From the NCBI GenBank assembly GCA_965645245.1, contig OZ287076.1:2170001-2234000 (forward strand): a stretch of 64,000 bases of DNA, written 5' to 3'. Positions 10,202-23,049 of the stretch are shown one piece after another. The notes under the pieces are model-generated. The model was not told where the DNA came from. It did not search any database and worked only from the letters and a program-made list of their open reading frames with translations. Made by a program: the position numbers and the translations under genes. The first letter of the stretch is position 1; every line of letters starts with the position of its first letter. This stretch comes from Massalongia carnosa (Eukaryota).

Positions 10202-12258
10202 GATGACGAATTCTCTTCAGGATAAAGTCCTGTTATTAGAGAAAGCTGAAGACTATTCACAATGGGGAACCCACACGGAAGCAATTTTAAAGCAAAAAGA
10301 CTGTATCTTTGCTATTCAAGACAATATACCAGTCATCTCATATCAAATAATCAAGCTTAAATACTTGGGAATGGGATTCACTGATGCACATATCAAGGCT
10401 GAACAAATCTTCACCAAAGTCGGAGCGGACATTGAAAAACAGAATCATCTTATGCTCAAGGCCGAAGGGATCATCCAAATGCGAGTCGCTCAACAGCATC
10501 ATACTCTTCTCGCAATCAAATCGGCCGGTGAAATGTGGAGAACTTTGAGAACAAAGTTTCAAGATATTGCACCTATGAGCATCACCGACATTCTTTACAA
10601 CATGAGCTTTAAAAGAAAGACGGAGTATAAAAGCGCTGTTAAATATTGCGCCGAATTTGAAAATGCATTAAACTCCATAAAGGGCATGATAGAAGAGAAC
10701 TCGGAATTGAGCGAAATGGGTGCAGAACAAGTTCTTCAATGATATTTGTTACGGAACGTTTCTGATGTCTACCTACTTCTTATAGCTCAACTTCGTCGCG
10801 ACTAGCTCACTAGCAAATCAAATCTCACTGTTGCATGCAGAGCAATTACCTCTTATTCTGTCAATATGTTTGACAAGAAGGCATTTCATACCAACGTTTC
10901 AAGTAGAAACGATAAGACACCGCCAGGAACTTGCACTTTTTCGGAATGTGTGAGTAAAGGAACAACCGCTCATGCACCAGAAAGATGCTGGCAAAAGTAT
11001 CCTGAGAAACGACCCAAATTTCCATTGAAGTCTATGAAAATAAGAGGGACAAAAACCTCTGTTTCAAAAACTGAAACGCCATCAATGTCTCTCACCACAA
11101 CAAATGTGCCAACTGTGAACAGTTGACTCACATTGGTCATGACCACTAGGCTGCAGAAGGTTATGACCATGACGAGTCTCAGCAGAAATTCCTGGCTTTT
11201 GGATAGTGCCGCAGACATGCACGTATGTAACAACAGATCTTCTTTCGCTGACTACATAGTCTATTCTACAGACCTGGCAGGCTCTACTTCTAATGGTACT
11301 TCGCCAGGAAGGGGAATGATTCGTATAACGTTAGCATCAGAAGATGACATACCTTCGTCAATACTCGTCCTTAATAACGTTCTTTACATTCCACAATGTC
11401 CAGTAAATCTTGTCAGTCTTGGATTACTCAAGCAACATAAGGTCTACTTTGACAAGCTGAACTGGAATCTGTTTCTTCTTTCAACCAGAGACATCATAGG
11501 CTATGCACCAAGAGTCAATACCAACTTCATGCTGAAGACCTTGCACACCCCAGACCTGGCTATCCATCTTACAAGAATAGAAGCCGATATCTTTCAATGG
11601 CCTGAGACGGCGATTTATCACACGTCCAGCAAGGTGAAATTGACAACATGGCACGCCCGTCTCGGTCACCTCAACATCTCAAGCTGTCGGAAATACCTAA
11701 AAGGTCTAGACGTATCGTTTCTGGATGACATCAAGGATGATTGGTACTGTTCCTCCTGTGAACTAGGAAAGGCAACAAAGCAATATAATCTGTCAACTCA
11801 GAAGACGACAGAGGAATTATTCCAGAAGGTTCACTCTGAGCTTGTTGGACCCATCAAGCCCCTAGGATTTCTGAATGAACTCTACTTCTTTACCTTCACC
11901 TGTGATGCTAGTCGATACACTCATTTATACACAGGTCTCAAGAAAAGCGAATGGTTTACTCATCTATTGACTTATTATAGTCTGGCACAAAACAAGTCTG
12001 GAAAAATCAAACCAATCAGCATTTTTCGCACCGACTTTGGTACAGAACTTCGGAGTCAAAAAACAGATGAATGGTTCCTCAAAGAAGGGAGGTTCCTCAA
12101 AGAAGGGAGGTTCCTCAAAGAAGGGATAACGTTTGAACCCTCCGCTCCACATTCTCAGAAACAGAACGGAGTGTCTGAACGAGCAGGCAGAACCATCATG
12201 GACATGACCAGGTGCACTATTATCAAGGGAGGCATTCCAGACTATCTATGGACAGAGA
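10202..12258 (+). pseudogene. degenerate Ty1/copia gag-pol, related to the copia at 36809; truncated in integrase
   Basis: gag similar to 37816 ORF, WLLDSAADMHVC protease, WHARLGH...CSSC zinc finger, integrase core; several stops; 18 bp unit present three times at ~12072-12125 (FLKEGR). Confidence 0.88.
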
Positions 12259-12377
12259 TATTAAATAAACAGTTGACGGCATAATGTTGAAATTACTACG
12301 GAGGTGACTGCTTATAGCAGTCATGGCAGCCTGCAGGGCTGAGCTAGAACTAATGGGGCTAAGCGAGTATTCCAACA
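12259..12377. mobile_element. 119 bp solo LTR (copy of 36113-36231)
   Basis: AGAGA TSD; differs from 36113 copy by two TG->TA changes and one other substitution. Confidence 0.88.
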
Positions 12378-12512
12378 AGAGATAGTGATGTCAACTTCTC
12401 GATTATTCGTTAGATTCGTATAAATCCTTACATATATTTCATATTTCAGTTCTTCAATACAGGTTCGAGAATTGCACCCACGTCAATATTATTCCCCTTC
12501 ATTATTCCTCCT

Positions 12513-15500
12513 TTAAGCAACGTCGATCCCAAAGATTCTTCCCTTCTCCCCCTCTCCAAGGGTATCCCCGTCCTCTCCCCACCACCTCATCCAAAACACC
12601 CGCCCTCCAAACACACCGTCCCTCTTCCATTCCCTCACAGTCTTCCACTCCGCCTCCTCCGGAATCACCTCCCTTGTCCTGCACATCTCGCTTTCCGCCA
12701 GCAAACTCATCATCCCCGCGATTGAACAGGAATTGTGCGGCACCACCCGCTTCGTATCCACCACAGCGTACGTCGCAATTGCGCACACAGCCAAACCCGC
12801 GAGCATCGACTGAAGCGCGATTTTTGGGCCGCGGCTTTGATACAGGCGCTGTGTGGGTTGGCGTAGAGTGGCGGTGTAGGTCGTTGGTTTGTTGTCGGTG
12901 TTGTAAATGGTATTGGTGTTGCTGGAGAGAACGGTGGTACGCATGTTCGCGGAGATGGCTTGGGCAATGTATTGCCCATAAAGCCTGTTCGCCGCGGCGT
13001 TGAGATTGGACAAGTCGCCATTGCTGTAGAGCTGGTTGAGGGGAACACTGTTGTAGCCCATGGAGAGGGCTTGAATGAAACCGTTGATAGAGTTACGGCC
13101 TTTGATGCTAATGGGTAGATCTTGAAGCGAGTTGATGAAGGTGTTAAGGGAGATGTCGAACCAGTGCTGAGTGTTGTTCTGCGTAATGACAATCGCTGAC
13201 TCTTCGAGCGGGTTGGGAGGTGAGTTGGTGTTGATCGTAAAGTCGGGGTACGAGAACGTTACGTCTGTCATGACCTGCTCAAGCCGCTGGTAGCAATACA
13301 CAATCGTAATGTTCTGTTTTGAGTTCCAAGTAACACCGCCGTTTACAGCGGGCTTTCCGATCTTGGTGCCTGCGTTTGCTGTACCCAAAGAATAGGATAA
13401 CGACGGGCAGCTAGGCATAATATTGTCCACCGAGTAATCGGATTTGACGCTGTCGTGCGGGTTGTCTAGTATCACACCTCCATCGCCCATAATCAAGCCG
13501 CCCTGGGAAGAGGGCAGGTACCATTGAAGGGACGTGCCTGTTCCTGCGTAGACCGTAGATGAATCGTTGGGAGCCAAGTAAGTTTGCCTCCATGTCGCGT
13601 TGGTGGGGTTCGTCGAATTCAGACCGCAGAGGCTGTACGGGAGCGTCATCAAATAGTCCAATTGTACGAGGTCATTACAATTCGCGCAGTTGGGCGGGGC
13701 ACCCCTAGCAGTTATATTGACAAACCTTGGGGGAACTGCCGAGCAATTACTTAAAGAACCTCGGATCGCTGGAACTCTGACCACGATTGATTCGCTTTCA
13801 TTCAACAATGCCGAGATTTTTGCTGATGATGCCGTTAAGGAGGGCAAGACAAGATTATCGTAAGTCCATTGCGGGTATGGCGTGTTCTCATGTGCTATCA
13901 GATTGGTAACAGACCCGGCAAACCCATCATCTTGTGACAGGTCGACGTGGCTCCAATTGAAGAAGTCGGCCCTCTGAAGTGTCACTGGCTGATACGTGGG
14001 CACGATCTCCACGGTGTAGAGTGCAGAGACCACAATAGCAAGTAAACCCGAGACGAAAGCAGCAATAATAGTCATGCATCGAGTAAAACACCGACCTCGC
14101 AGCGATTGAACGAGGGCCAGAAGGGGAAGCCCGCCGATCGAGCCGACCATGATTGACTGTGTTGCTGGTACATTCCCGCGTCTCAAAGCTATAAGTGGCG
14201 TGAAAATGGAAACCGCAAAGTCAAGGCTGGTGTACAGGATTGCAAGAGCTAGTGCAACAAAAGCCGGTAAGTACGTCGACAGTATCTGAGAATCTACATT
14301 GGAGTTGGTGACGTCAACGAAGCCGTTGCGACTGTCGGACACGTGCTGGAGGACTTCAAGAAGTACAATAAAGCCGAGAGGAAGAACGATGATGAGCGTT
14401 ATAAACCAGCGTCTAACGGGGATCGGACGCCACCATTCAGTATTGTCGTCTAACGAACTGGATGGCGGAGATCCAGGCATCTCAGCGGGAACAGGAACTA
14501 CGTCTAAAACGAAGGAAGTGGTTTCCTGCTGAACAATGGCAGTGTGAAATCTGTCCCGAGAAAGCTGGTGGTGCAAAGCATCCAACGAGGCAGATCCTGT
14601 GCCGACCAAGCGTTGTCGAAGTCTACTACTCGCCGCAAGAATTGTCGACAAAGCACCTATGGATTTCGGTTCGCAGGAAATTGTGTTCCAAGGACGGAAA
14701 ATGACCTCCAGAATACTAACGCAAACCAGCAAACCCAGACAAGTCGCCATCAGTCCTACGGTCAGTCGTTTAACCTGCAAGCGATCCTCCGTAACAATTA
14801 GCGAGCCACTTACGCTGCTATCTTGGGATGTCATTAGATTTGTACGAGCAATTTGTGCACTGGCACCTTGGAAGATTCGAGACCCTAGGTCTTGCAACAG
14901 GTTCGGATCCATGAATGGTTGGAGACTTGACACATTGGACATAGCTTTCATGACTTGGAAAATAGAAGGGACTTGGGTTACCACGTAATCTGCTCCTCCT
15001 TCACCAAAGGTCGTGTTTTTGAAGGAGGCGCGTACTGCCTGTATGAGCATTGAATCATCAAACGCTCTCAAAGTAGAGTTTGTACCAGGTTTCTTGACCG
15101 CTTGCATCCTTAGAGTATCCTGAACATTTGTGTATGACACAGAATAGCTGTCAATGCGGTACGTGGGTTTGCATAGCACCCCTGTCAGTTGTTTAACCCA
15201 GGTGGCGGAGGACTCAGAGACGGGTTGATGAGGAGCCCATTGCACAAGAGCCATTGACAGCAAGAAGCGATGGTCCATGGAGCTGTTACCATGTTACCAT
15301 TAAGCGGGTATGGAATAGAACTATCGCCGCCAGTATTGCAAGTAAAGTTTTGAAACCGTCCTTGATAATTCAATGTGACATTATTATCTCTGTAGTAACC
15401 ATGATCCGCGCCTTGACCTACGATTGCATTCACGATGTGGCACGAATCAGTCGTAATATTTATAACAAAGTAAGGTGCTAGAATGCTGAACCAAGGAAGC

Positions 15501-16583
15501 GATGTCGTGGTTGCATTCCCTAGATGCAGAATTTCGCATTCAAGATCAGTGCTGAAGCCTTGAACTTCAGCGGTATATGTGGAAAGTGGCAATCCGGACG
15601 GCGGGTCAATACGTTGAACTACCAGATTCGCTGCGGTATCAGAGGGGTAAGACAACAGTCCACTTTGGACGCCATAGACGCGCTGTGCAGCAGTGGATCC
15701 AATATCGCCGAGATCAAAACCACTGGCGTTGAAACCGGTTCTTACGACAAATGGAACGTCGGATAGTGTGATTGGTGTAGGTTCTAAGATAAGGAGACCC
15801 GTAGAGAAGACAATCTGCCATTGCATCAGCCTTGCCGCACAGCAAAAAAATGGGATGGTAACGTACCGCGAGCTGTAACAGGAGCAATCCAGTTGACGAA
15901 ACGAGAACAGCCCAGTGCCTATTCTTAGCCGCAGCGAAGAGACACTCGTGCATCGTAGGTGAAATGTAATCAAGGAGAACGGTGCGGCTACCCGGTGACG
16001 GCCCTTTCCGTAACTCCTGCCATGGGGCTAAGAGCTTGCATTGATAGTCTACCTGTCGCCACAGACCGGTGATAATCACGAAAACTGCTCGTGATTAACT
16101 GAGAGACTTCGCCCCACTTGCGATGCATCTAAACTTACCAGCAGTAGGACCATATCTCCAACTATACTTGTTCCTGGAAATCTGGGTACTTAACCCATCA
16201 CTAACTTTTGAAAAATGGTATAACAGGATTAATGCGATGAAAAGCGCCGTGAAGAGTGCACAAAAGCCAATGAGCACAGCTTCATGTAACCAAATAGGAT
16301 TCCACAGCATCTTAGGCGCATAATTCTTCAAGCACGTTCTATCTGTTTTCGACCCATTCTCAGGCATGGCTTTCACGGAGTTATCTGAGCCTCTGCGCAA
16401 ACTAGCGGATGGATTGTAGTCGCTAACGATTCTGAGATTTCGAGGAATCCCGACCGCGGGCACCCCATCTCGGGCGAGAAGCGGCTCTTGAACCTCTGAA
16501 CGTGTGAAATTATCGGCAGTAACTCTCTCGTTGGCATTCGGTTCGTCGATTGCAATCTGCGGGGATACTGCGATATCAATCAA
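12513..16583 (-). pseudogene. DUF3433-family multi-pass membrane protein, frameshifted
   Basis: YSWRYGPTA|intron|...WRQVDYQCKLLAPWQEL...VLLDYISP and a second DUF3433-like repeat (TYLPAFVA...PLIALRRG); GT-AG introns near 16139-16086 and 15866-15815; 8 bp duplication frameshift at 15285-15300; true start unclear. Confidence 0.75.
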
Positions 16584-17445
16584 TAACGTAGTTCCCCCGC
16601 TCTTCTAGGATCTGCTAACATTTCTGATATGGGGTTCGGGAGATGATCGTTGGGTTGAAAAGACTATCTTGTGTAGAAGATGCCATTGCGAGCCTTGCTG
16701 ATCGTATCTCCAAGCGTACTCACAGCTGTACTCTTATCGATCCATAGGAAGCGCTGAAATGAACAAATGTGCCGTTAGCTGAAGGAACACAGGCACCCAT
16801 CTGGACCAAAAACCTTACTTGTGGGCAATCACATATGCCAGTGAGGCGAGCGAAAATTGTCGTGTATTCGCGTCATGGAACTGGAACCATCCGTAGTTTG
16901 AGGGCGAACAGCAGAGAGACTGGATGCAAGAAGGATTCCATTTTCATTGACGATGTGCACATGCGTCAATCTTATTGCAATCTTCAGTGCCTGTTGGAAT
17001 GCGCGAAGATATCTCGATCTGATTGGATCCCGCGCGACGCGCGAAGGATTAGCTGAGAAAAAGTGAAACGCAAATCCTGACGGCACAGACTCGAATAGGG
17101 TTTAGACAGGATTACTTTGTGACTGTGTGACTGTGTGGCTGTGTGGCTGTGGCTGTTTGATGATGATGTAACTGTGAATAAGGGTGCGGAATTATTCCGT
17201 TCTCAGAAGTGCTCGGTACTCTATTGTACCCATATACTGAGAAGATATCATCACGGAATTGCATCACTTTCAACACAAAGTCCAGACAGAAGGAGAAACA
17301 TTCTCGTCAACTACTCGGCGATGTGATCATTCTCTAATTTCGCTCATGAAGTGCTTCCAACCTTCCACTTGGCCGATTCTTCCAGTCCTTATTTCTCCTT
17401 GTACTCTCCACACAACCACCATCCCAGAGTAGGGGAAATCTCATC

Positions 17446-18535
17446 ATGTCCGCCATTACCAGAGCGCTTGCGGTATTTCAACAACATCGCAACGGGCAGT
17501 CAACCGAGTCGTGGCTCCAGCTCGGTTTGCCCACTGCATGACTACGTGGGCCTGTGGAAGCATCTCGAATAGGATCACGATCTGAAGGGATACATCGAGG
17601 ACAAAGTGCGGTAGGATATATCCGCTGCGTTTCGGAAACCAAGGAAACTGAACAGGCATGCATGATAGATACGACTACGACTCGCAACGGGAACTCCTCA
17701 CCTTTCGCATGGCGTCGACCACGCATGACCTCCTTGCCAGTCAGTTCGCATTCGAGTTCATGCATCAGCTCAAGATCATTGCGGACGAGGCGGAAAATCA
17801 GGAGATCGCCGACATGTGTCACGGCTTTCGGGATTTTTCCACGGCGCAGGTGAATCTCTTGGAGCATGGCACGCGCAGCCCAGATAAATCATTTCGATAC
17901 AAAGACACGCGGTTTCCCGGAGTGGTGGTGGAGCTTGCCCACGTGCAGAAAATCCAAGATCTGCCCCGTCTCGCCATGCGGTATATCGATGGATCAAAAG
18001 GAAACATCCGCATGATGGTGGCGCTGAACACGGATTATCGCACGTCAAAGCTTGCTCAAGTGATGGTGTGGCAAATGGAAATCCACACGACAAATGATAA
18101 AGAATCGTCATGTACAGTGAAGTGCACGGTGAAATCGGTAAATGAACGCGCCTTGCCTCGAGAGTGGAACGAATCTCATCCGTCAACATCTAGACATTTC
18201 GTCAAGCCGACGGCACTTTAGGCACCAGAACCCTCCTTCTCTCGCTCAAAGACTTCGCACCGATCCAACTGCTTTCCCCTCCCGCCGCAGCCTATCTTAC
18301 CGCTCGAAACCCCACGATCGAAATGCCATTTGCGCAACTGTCAGCATTCCTGATCGAGGCCGAACACAGTCAGGCTCTGGAGCGAGGCGATCTGTCCGCG
18401 GTGGGCGAGCGTTTCAGCGGGCCGTGCTTCCTGGCAACCAATTCCTCGGACAGCGAGGAGGATATGACCGATCAGGAGGACCGGGAAAAGGACGATGACG
18501 ACGATACGAACGATGGGGATTATGTAGAGAAGACG
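17446..18535 (+). pseudogene. fungal hypothetical protein with PD-(D/E)xK / Uma2-like nuclease-fold motifs
   Basis: GYIEDKVR|intron|YDYD...RSPDKSF...FPGVVVELAH...Y; acidic C-terminus; in-frame TAG at 17570 and an N-terminal frameshift. Confidence 0.55.
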
Positions 18536-18548
18536 AGAACGATAAAGG

Positions 18549-18896
18549 AAACAAAGCCGACGAAGGCCAAAGGACAAAGGAGGATGATATCCAAAATAGT
18601 TGGACAAGCAAGGGAGAGAAAGGGCATAAATAGGTGGCCTTTTGGCACTCTTCTCCTCATCATCACCACTGATTCAGAGTTCAGCACCAAAAGGTCTTTT
18701 GCCCACCCACCCACTCCCTGAATTAGCCGCATAGGTAGATGGAGTTTTTCCCCTCACTGCTGCCAAAACAAAGCCATTATAGGAGGGGCCCTCAGCAAAA
18801 CTGAGCGCCAGCAGGGCAGCAGCGAGGGGAGAGTTGCCCAAACATAGATAGAAATTATGTATATGTTTAGCTGACACGATGGAGCCGGCGAATTAC
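18549..18896 (+). mobile_element. miniature non-autonomous derivative of the YR retroelement (5'-truncated copy)
   Basis: Joins a block matching 28113-28225 to a block matching 32360-32516; ends in CGAATTAC; closely matches the inverted copy at 29188-29646. Confidence 0.85.
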
Positions 18897-19980
18897 ATGA
18901 GCAATTGGTTTGTAGACGAACTGCTTAAAGGAACTCGAATTATTCTGTCAGAAAATGGATTCACATCGGATAAAATAGCGATTGCATGTCTGCAATATTA
19001 CATTGAAAATTCTGATCCAGGATCTGAGAGTGATTGGAAGTTAATGCTCATGGATCATCACGGTAGTCATGTTACTCCTGAATTCATCAAGCTTGCCAAT
19101 GAAAACCGGATTCGTCCTTATCCTTTGATACCACACTTGACGCATTGTATGCAACCGCTTGCTGTAGGAGTGTTTCAACCTTATAAACATTGGCATGATG
19201 TAGTCATTCGAGATGCGATTGCGGAGTTCAATGTAGAGTATACAATAACTCGATTTTGTCAAGATCTCACCAAAATACGAGATAACACATTCAAGAAATC
19301 CACTATTCAATCCGCCTTTGAAAAATCTGGAATTGTAATGGGCTACGAGACCAGTAAGCTAATCACGAGCGACACTGATCTCGAAAGGGGAAATGCTCAG
19401 CGTGAGAGGTGGAAGATAGCTACTACGTGCTAGTCTCCGAGAGTATACGTTGTTAGATGTTAGATGATGAGGCCACCATCAATATGGGCATCCATCATAA
19501 GCCTCGGGAGGTGCCTGGCAAAGTGCCTAAACAAGCAGATATGGGAGCCAAGGTCTGACCGTCAGGGTGCCTAAAGAAGCAGATATGGGGGGACAAGGTC
19601 TGACCGTTTAGGCTCCTAGATGTGACTGTTTTGTGACTGCTATATAAAGCAGACAAATAGCCCACATAGATAATTACCTTCAATGACAATCATGCTATTA
19701 TACCTACAAAGTGAATTTATATTTCATATACGTGATCCCAAGAACTAACGGTGGTGGAAGTGCTTTAGACCAATAGATCTCGTCCGAGACCCAAACGTAG
19801 GTTGTTCATAATAAAGACTAATTGCTAACGAATACTACAGGATTCGTTCTGGTATTTATCCTACTCACCCCAAGCCTATAGCCTTGGGAGCCTTGGAACC
19901 TTGCAACCCACTTCTGACCTTATCGCCTAACATCCAACCATCCCTCAGGATCCATCCATGAACCCGGAGTTCGCTGGATC

Positions 19981-20134
19981 ATCTAGTAAAGTAAGAACTA
20001 AAACTTATACTATTAAGATAGTTGATTCTTATAACATATTACCTCATAGTCTTAAAAAGCTATGTGAAACATATAATACTGAAGTAATTAAAGATATTTT
20101 CCCTTATGATTTCATAAATATTAATACTTTATTT
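19981..20134 (+). pseudogene. fragment of protein-primed family B DNA polymerase (mitochondrial linear-plasmid type)
   Basis: IKIVDSYNILPHSLKKLCETYNTEVIKDIFPYDFIN matches the DSYxxLPxSLxKL...KxxFPYxF motif; sharply AT-rich relative to its flanks. Confidence 0.72.
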
Positions 20135-20402
20135 CAGCCTCGAGCAGCCTTCTACATCTTCCCTTGCAAGGTAGAACAGTTCTACCTCCGGCTAGATCCC
20201 TCGCTACATTGCTAGCCTGCGTCTAAACATAAAGTCTAGACGCCGAGGCTATGTAGCTTCATTTCGCCGTCACCACTACCCACATAGCGGTGGAAGGTTA
20301 CCTCCGACTGAATCCCTCGCTGCACTGCGGACCTGCCTCTAGACACAAGGTCTAGTCATGTGGGTTCATTCAGGCGACCTCACTACCAGCGTAGTAATAA
20401 AG

Positions 20403-20625
20403 TGTCAAACCTGAATGCGGTCGATTCTCATCGCCGATCCTCGACTCCCTGTCGCGGCAGATGCCGCTAAGACTACGCCATTTCTTTCCCAGCTTTACCC
20501 CTCAATTTGCCGGGGTTGATATCGTTGCCGCCATGACCCCTTTTCCCTTCTATATAGGTAGCTAGATGTGGAATACAGTCTTTTCATCCTTCCTGAATCC
20601 ATGTGATTGGTCAGAAAGGTTGACA
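20403..20625 (+). mobile_element. solo LTR (same copia family as 2895 and 63957)
   Basis: TGTCAAACC...GGTTGACA with perfect TAAAG TSD. Confidence 0.92.
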
Positions 20626-22197
20626 TAAAGGTTGAAGCTGAAGTTTACACAGGGGAGGCCGAGCTCAAGCTGCGTCTAGCTAGCCGTGCCTCCCGCTACA
20701 ACTCTTGATCTATCAAGAGATCGAGTAGCTCCGAGTAGGCCAGTAGATTCCATATAGAGTTCCCGGCTAGTGTCCACAGGAGTTCGCCTTACACTCCATG
20801 GCAATCTACCACCGCAGCCTCGACAGGTGTTTGATCTGTAAGCAGTCTAGAACGTAGTAAGAACTAATTCGGAGTTGTCTGGCAAGGTGGCGTCGCCATC
20901 CGTATTACAGGAATGTGGCCTATTAATAAGGAGAAATGCACTGAACAGCTAAAGAAGTTTGTACCTTCGCAAAGTAAGAATAATTCTTCATCTTTTTCAA
21001 CATCATCTCTACTAACATTGCCACAACTTCAACCGAAAACGTTAGATGATGTTGAAAGAGGATTACTTGAATGGCTACCCAAAATTCGCGATAATACACA
21101 ATGGAGTGATCCAGTCCGTGAACAAGATTTAGAGGAATTCGTGAGTAATACGAAGGAAGTTGTTGCCAAATCGACGCTCACGAAATTCGAATTATCACTT
21201 CATCATGAGCGAAGAAGCAATGAATTACTGCAGAGAGCAACTTCTCGCAAGCGATTAAGACCTAATTATTCGACAGACGGAGGATTAGGACTCACGAAGG
21301 AGGATGCGCAACGAGCAATTGTTGAAAGACAACAAAAATATGAGCAGATAAAAAAGAAACAAGAGCACAACAACTTCATGAGAATATGGCGAATGAGAAG
21401 AGATAGTGTACACGCGGAAGGTGTTATCGCTCGAAAGAATGAAAAGATCAGAATCAAACATGTTAAAGACCTCGCAAAACAAGGAGTTAGCATATCCGAT
21501 GAAATGTTGACTCCTATTGATGACCCTGAGGCCATTTGGAAGGCGAGCGACGTTACTTGGCAGACGGAAGAGACCAAAAAAGACGAAGAAAGGAGTAAAA
21601 GATACTCGTATATTCAATGTTGAAGAGGAAGAGACAGAGACTACCTTTATCATGGATACTGTAGGTGATCAAAATCTACGATTTATAGGTGAAGATGATT
21701 CTATTCGTATACAAAAAGACTTCATTTGCTTAAGTTTATTGGAATAATAAAATAAGTACAATATTTTATGCCTTTGAAATAGAAGGGAAAGTAGGCGACG
21801 ATGTTGAGGACAGCGACGAGGATAATGTTCAGGAGCAGTTGGGTTCTTATTAGTATAACTACTATTATAACACTTTTCCTGCTTGATCTTTGTAGAAAAA
21901 AATTCCCTCGTTATTTGATTAATTTTTTGCGTGCAAAAGGTGAAAAGACGAACTTTGCTTTCCGCCGAATTTTGCTTTCCCCGACTAGAGGCGAACGCCT
22001 CGCTCGAGTCGGCCGAGAGTTAACGAATTTTAATGCAAATAGGGGTGAATACGATACAGATACCCGTAACATACAGATACCTAAATACAAATACTGTAAC
22101 CGTGCTCTCACCTCAGCCCATCTGGCTTTACCCGTCGCCTCGTTCAAAGCCTTTAAAGCAAAATACGCCAACATTTAGCTGTCAACTGTTCATATCG

Positions 22198-23049
22198 ATG
22201 GTTGATCCCTTCAGCATATTGACAGCAGGCGCAGGGTTTGCTGTCACAGCCGGACGATTTATCGCGCAGCTTGCATCCGTCAGGGATGACACTGGCATCA
22301 TTATTGAGCAGCTGAAGGTGATTACGATGGACGTTGTCGAAGCCGTGAACCTACGCCATCAACACAGTTCTTATCTGAGCGAGGCACAGAAGCACCGCGT
22401 TGATCGGGTGATAGAAGAAACCAAACAGGCTGTGACGAGAATCGCAAAGCAAGTGGAACCCGCCCGTCGGGATGTGGCCAAAAGAGGGACAGTGAATATA
22501 GCCGATCGAGTTGACTGGGTATTCCGGAGAAGTGCTGCAGTAACAACATATCAACACAGTCTCAGTGCGTGCCAACAGTCTCTACAAGGTCAAATCGGGA
22601 TGCTCCGAATGGCTGCTCTGACCATCCCAGCGCAAATGCCACCTCCGTATAGGACGGGTTCTTGGAGTGATGGAAATGTACACCTAGCCATGGAAAATCT
22701 TCTCGAGGAGGAAGGCACTCAGAACACACCGGTCGATGAGGAAGCTGACTCTGTTTCGGATGGAGATGGTATATCGTATCATGACATAGGTATGACTCTA
22801 ACCGTTGACGCTTTATTAGTCGACGAGAAGCCTCCCACCTCTCCTACTCAACCCGGAGATCCCTCGGATACCGCGGAACACACCAATGAGCTTTTCAAAG
22901 CAGGGGCTCCTACACCAATCGAACTGCATTCAGAACGTATGTTATATGAAGAGATGCAGCGGCTTCCCAACTCTAAGCGTAGGATAGTAGGAGGGCGGCT
23001 ACATCCAGAGCGGGAGTTGTATGAACAGATGCAGCAATATAGCAGGTGA
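22198..23049 (+). CDS. hypothetical protein with HeLo-like / fungal STAND N-terminal (SesA-like) helical domain
   Basis: MVDPFSILTAGAGFAVTAGRF N-terminal hydrophobic helix and ...RVDWVF motif typical of this class; probable 51 bp in-frame intron 22769-22819; no stops. Confidence 0.55.
   Translation: MVDPFSILTAGAGFAVTAGRFIAQLASVRDDTGIIIEQLKVITMDVVEAVNLRHQHSSYLSEAQKHRVDRVIEETKQAVTRIAKQVEPARRDVAKRGTVNIADRVDWVFRRSAAVTTYQHSLSACQQSLQGQIGMLRMAALTIPAQMPPPYRTGSWSDGNVHLAMENLLEEEGTQNTPVDEEADSVSDGDGISYHDIGMTLTVDALLVDEKPPTSPTQPGDPSDTAEHTNELFKAGAPTPIELHSERMLYEEMQRLPNSKRRIVGGRLHPERELYEQMQQYSR

Larger units (their letters stand above)
19334..20909. mobile_element. LTR-type insertion with nested LTR pieces and a foreign AT-rich fragment
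   Basis: TGTAAT...ATTACA termini, perfect GGAAT TSD; contains an LTR-like block (~19451-19750) related to 51133-51330 and the solo LTR 20403-20625. Confidence 0.8.
18897..21986 (+). mobile_element. Fot1/pogo DNA transposon, 5' half missing, interrupted by 19334-20909
   Basis: DDE_1 motifs LMDHHGSH...HCMQPLAVGVF; frame KSG|MWPIN is restored across the GGAAT TSD; TIR-like repeated TTTGCTTTCC end near 21950-21986 followed by TA. Confidence 0.8.

Noticed and set aside
12513..16583. DUF3433 as a Starship marker
   Set aside because: Captains are DUF3435; DUF3433 is an unrelated membrane-protein family.
17119..17157. (GACTGTGT/GGCTGT)n run
   Set aside because: Short simple repeat with no further structure.
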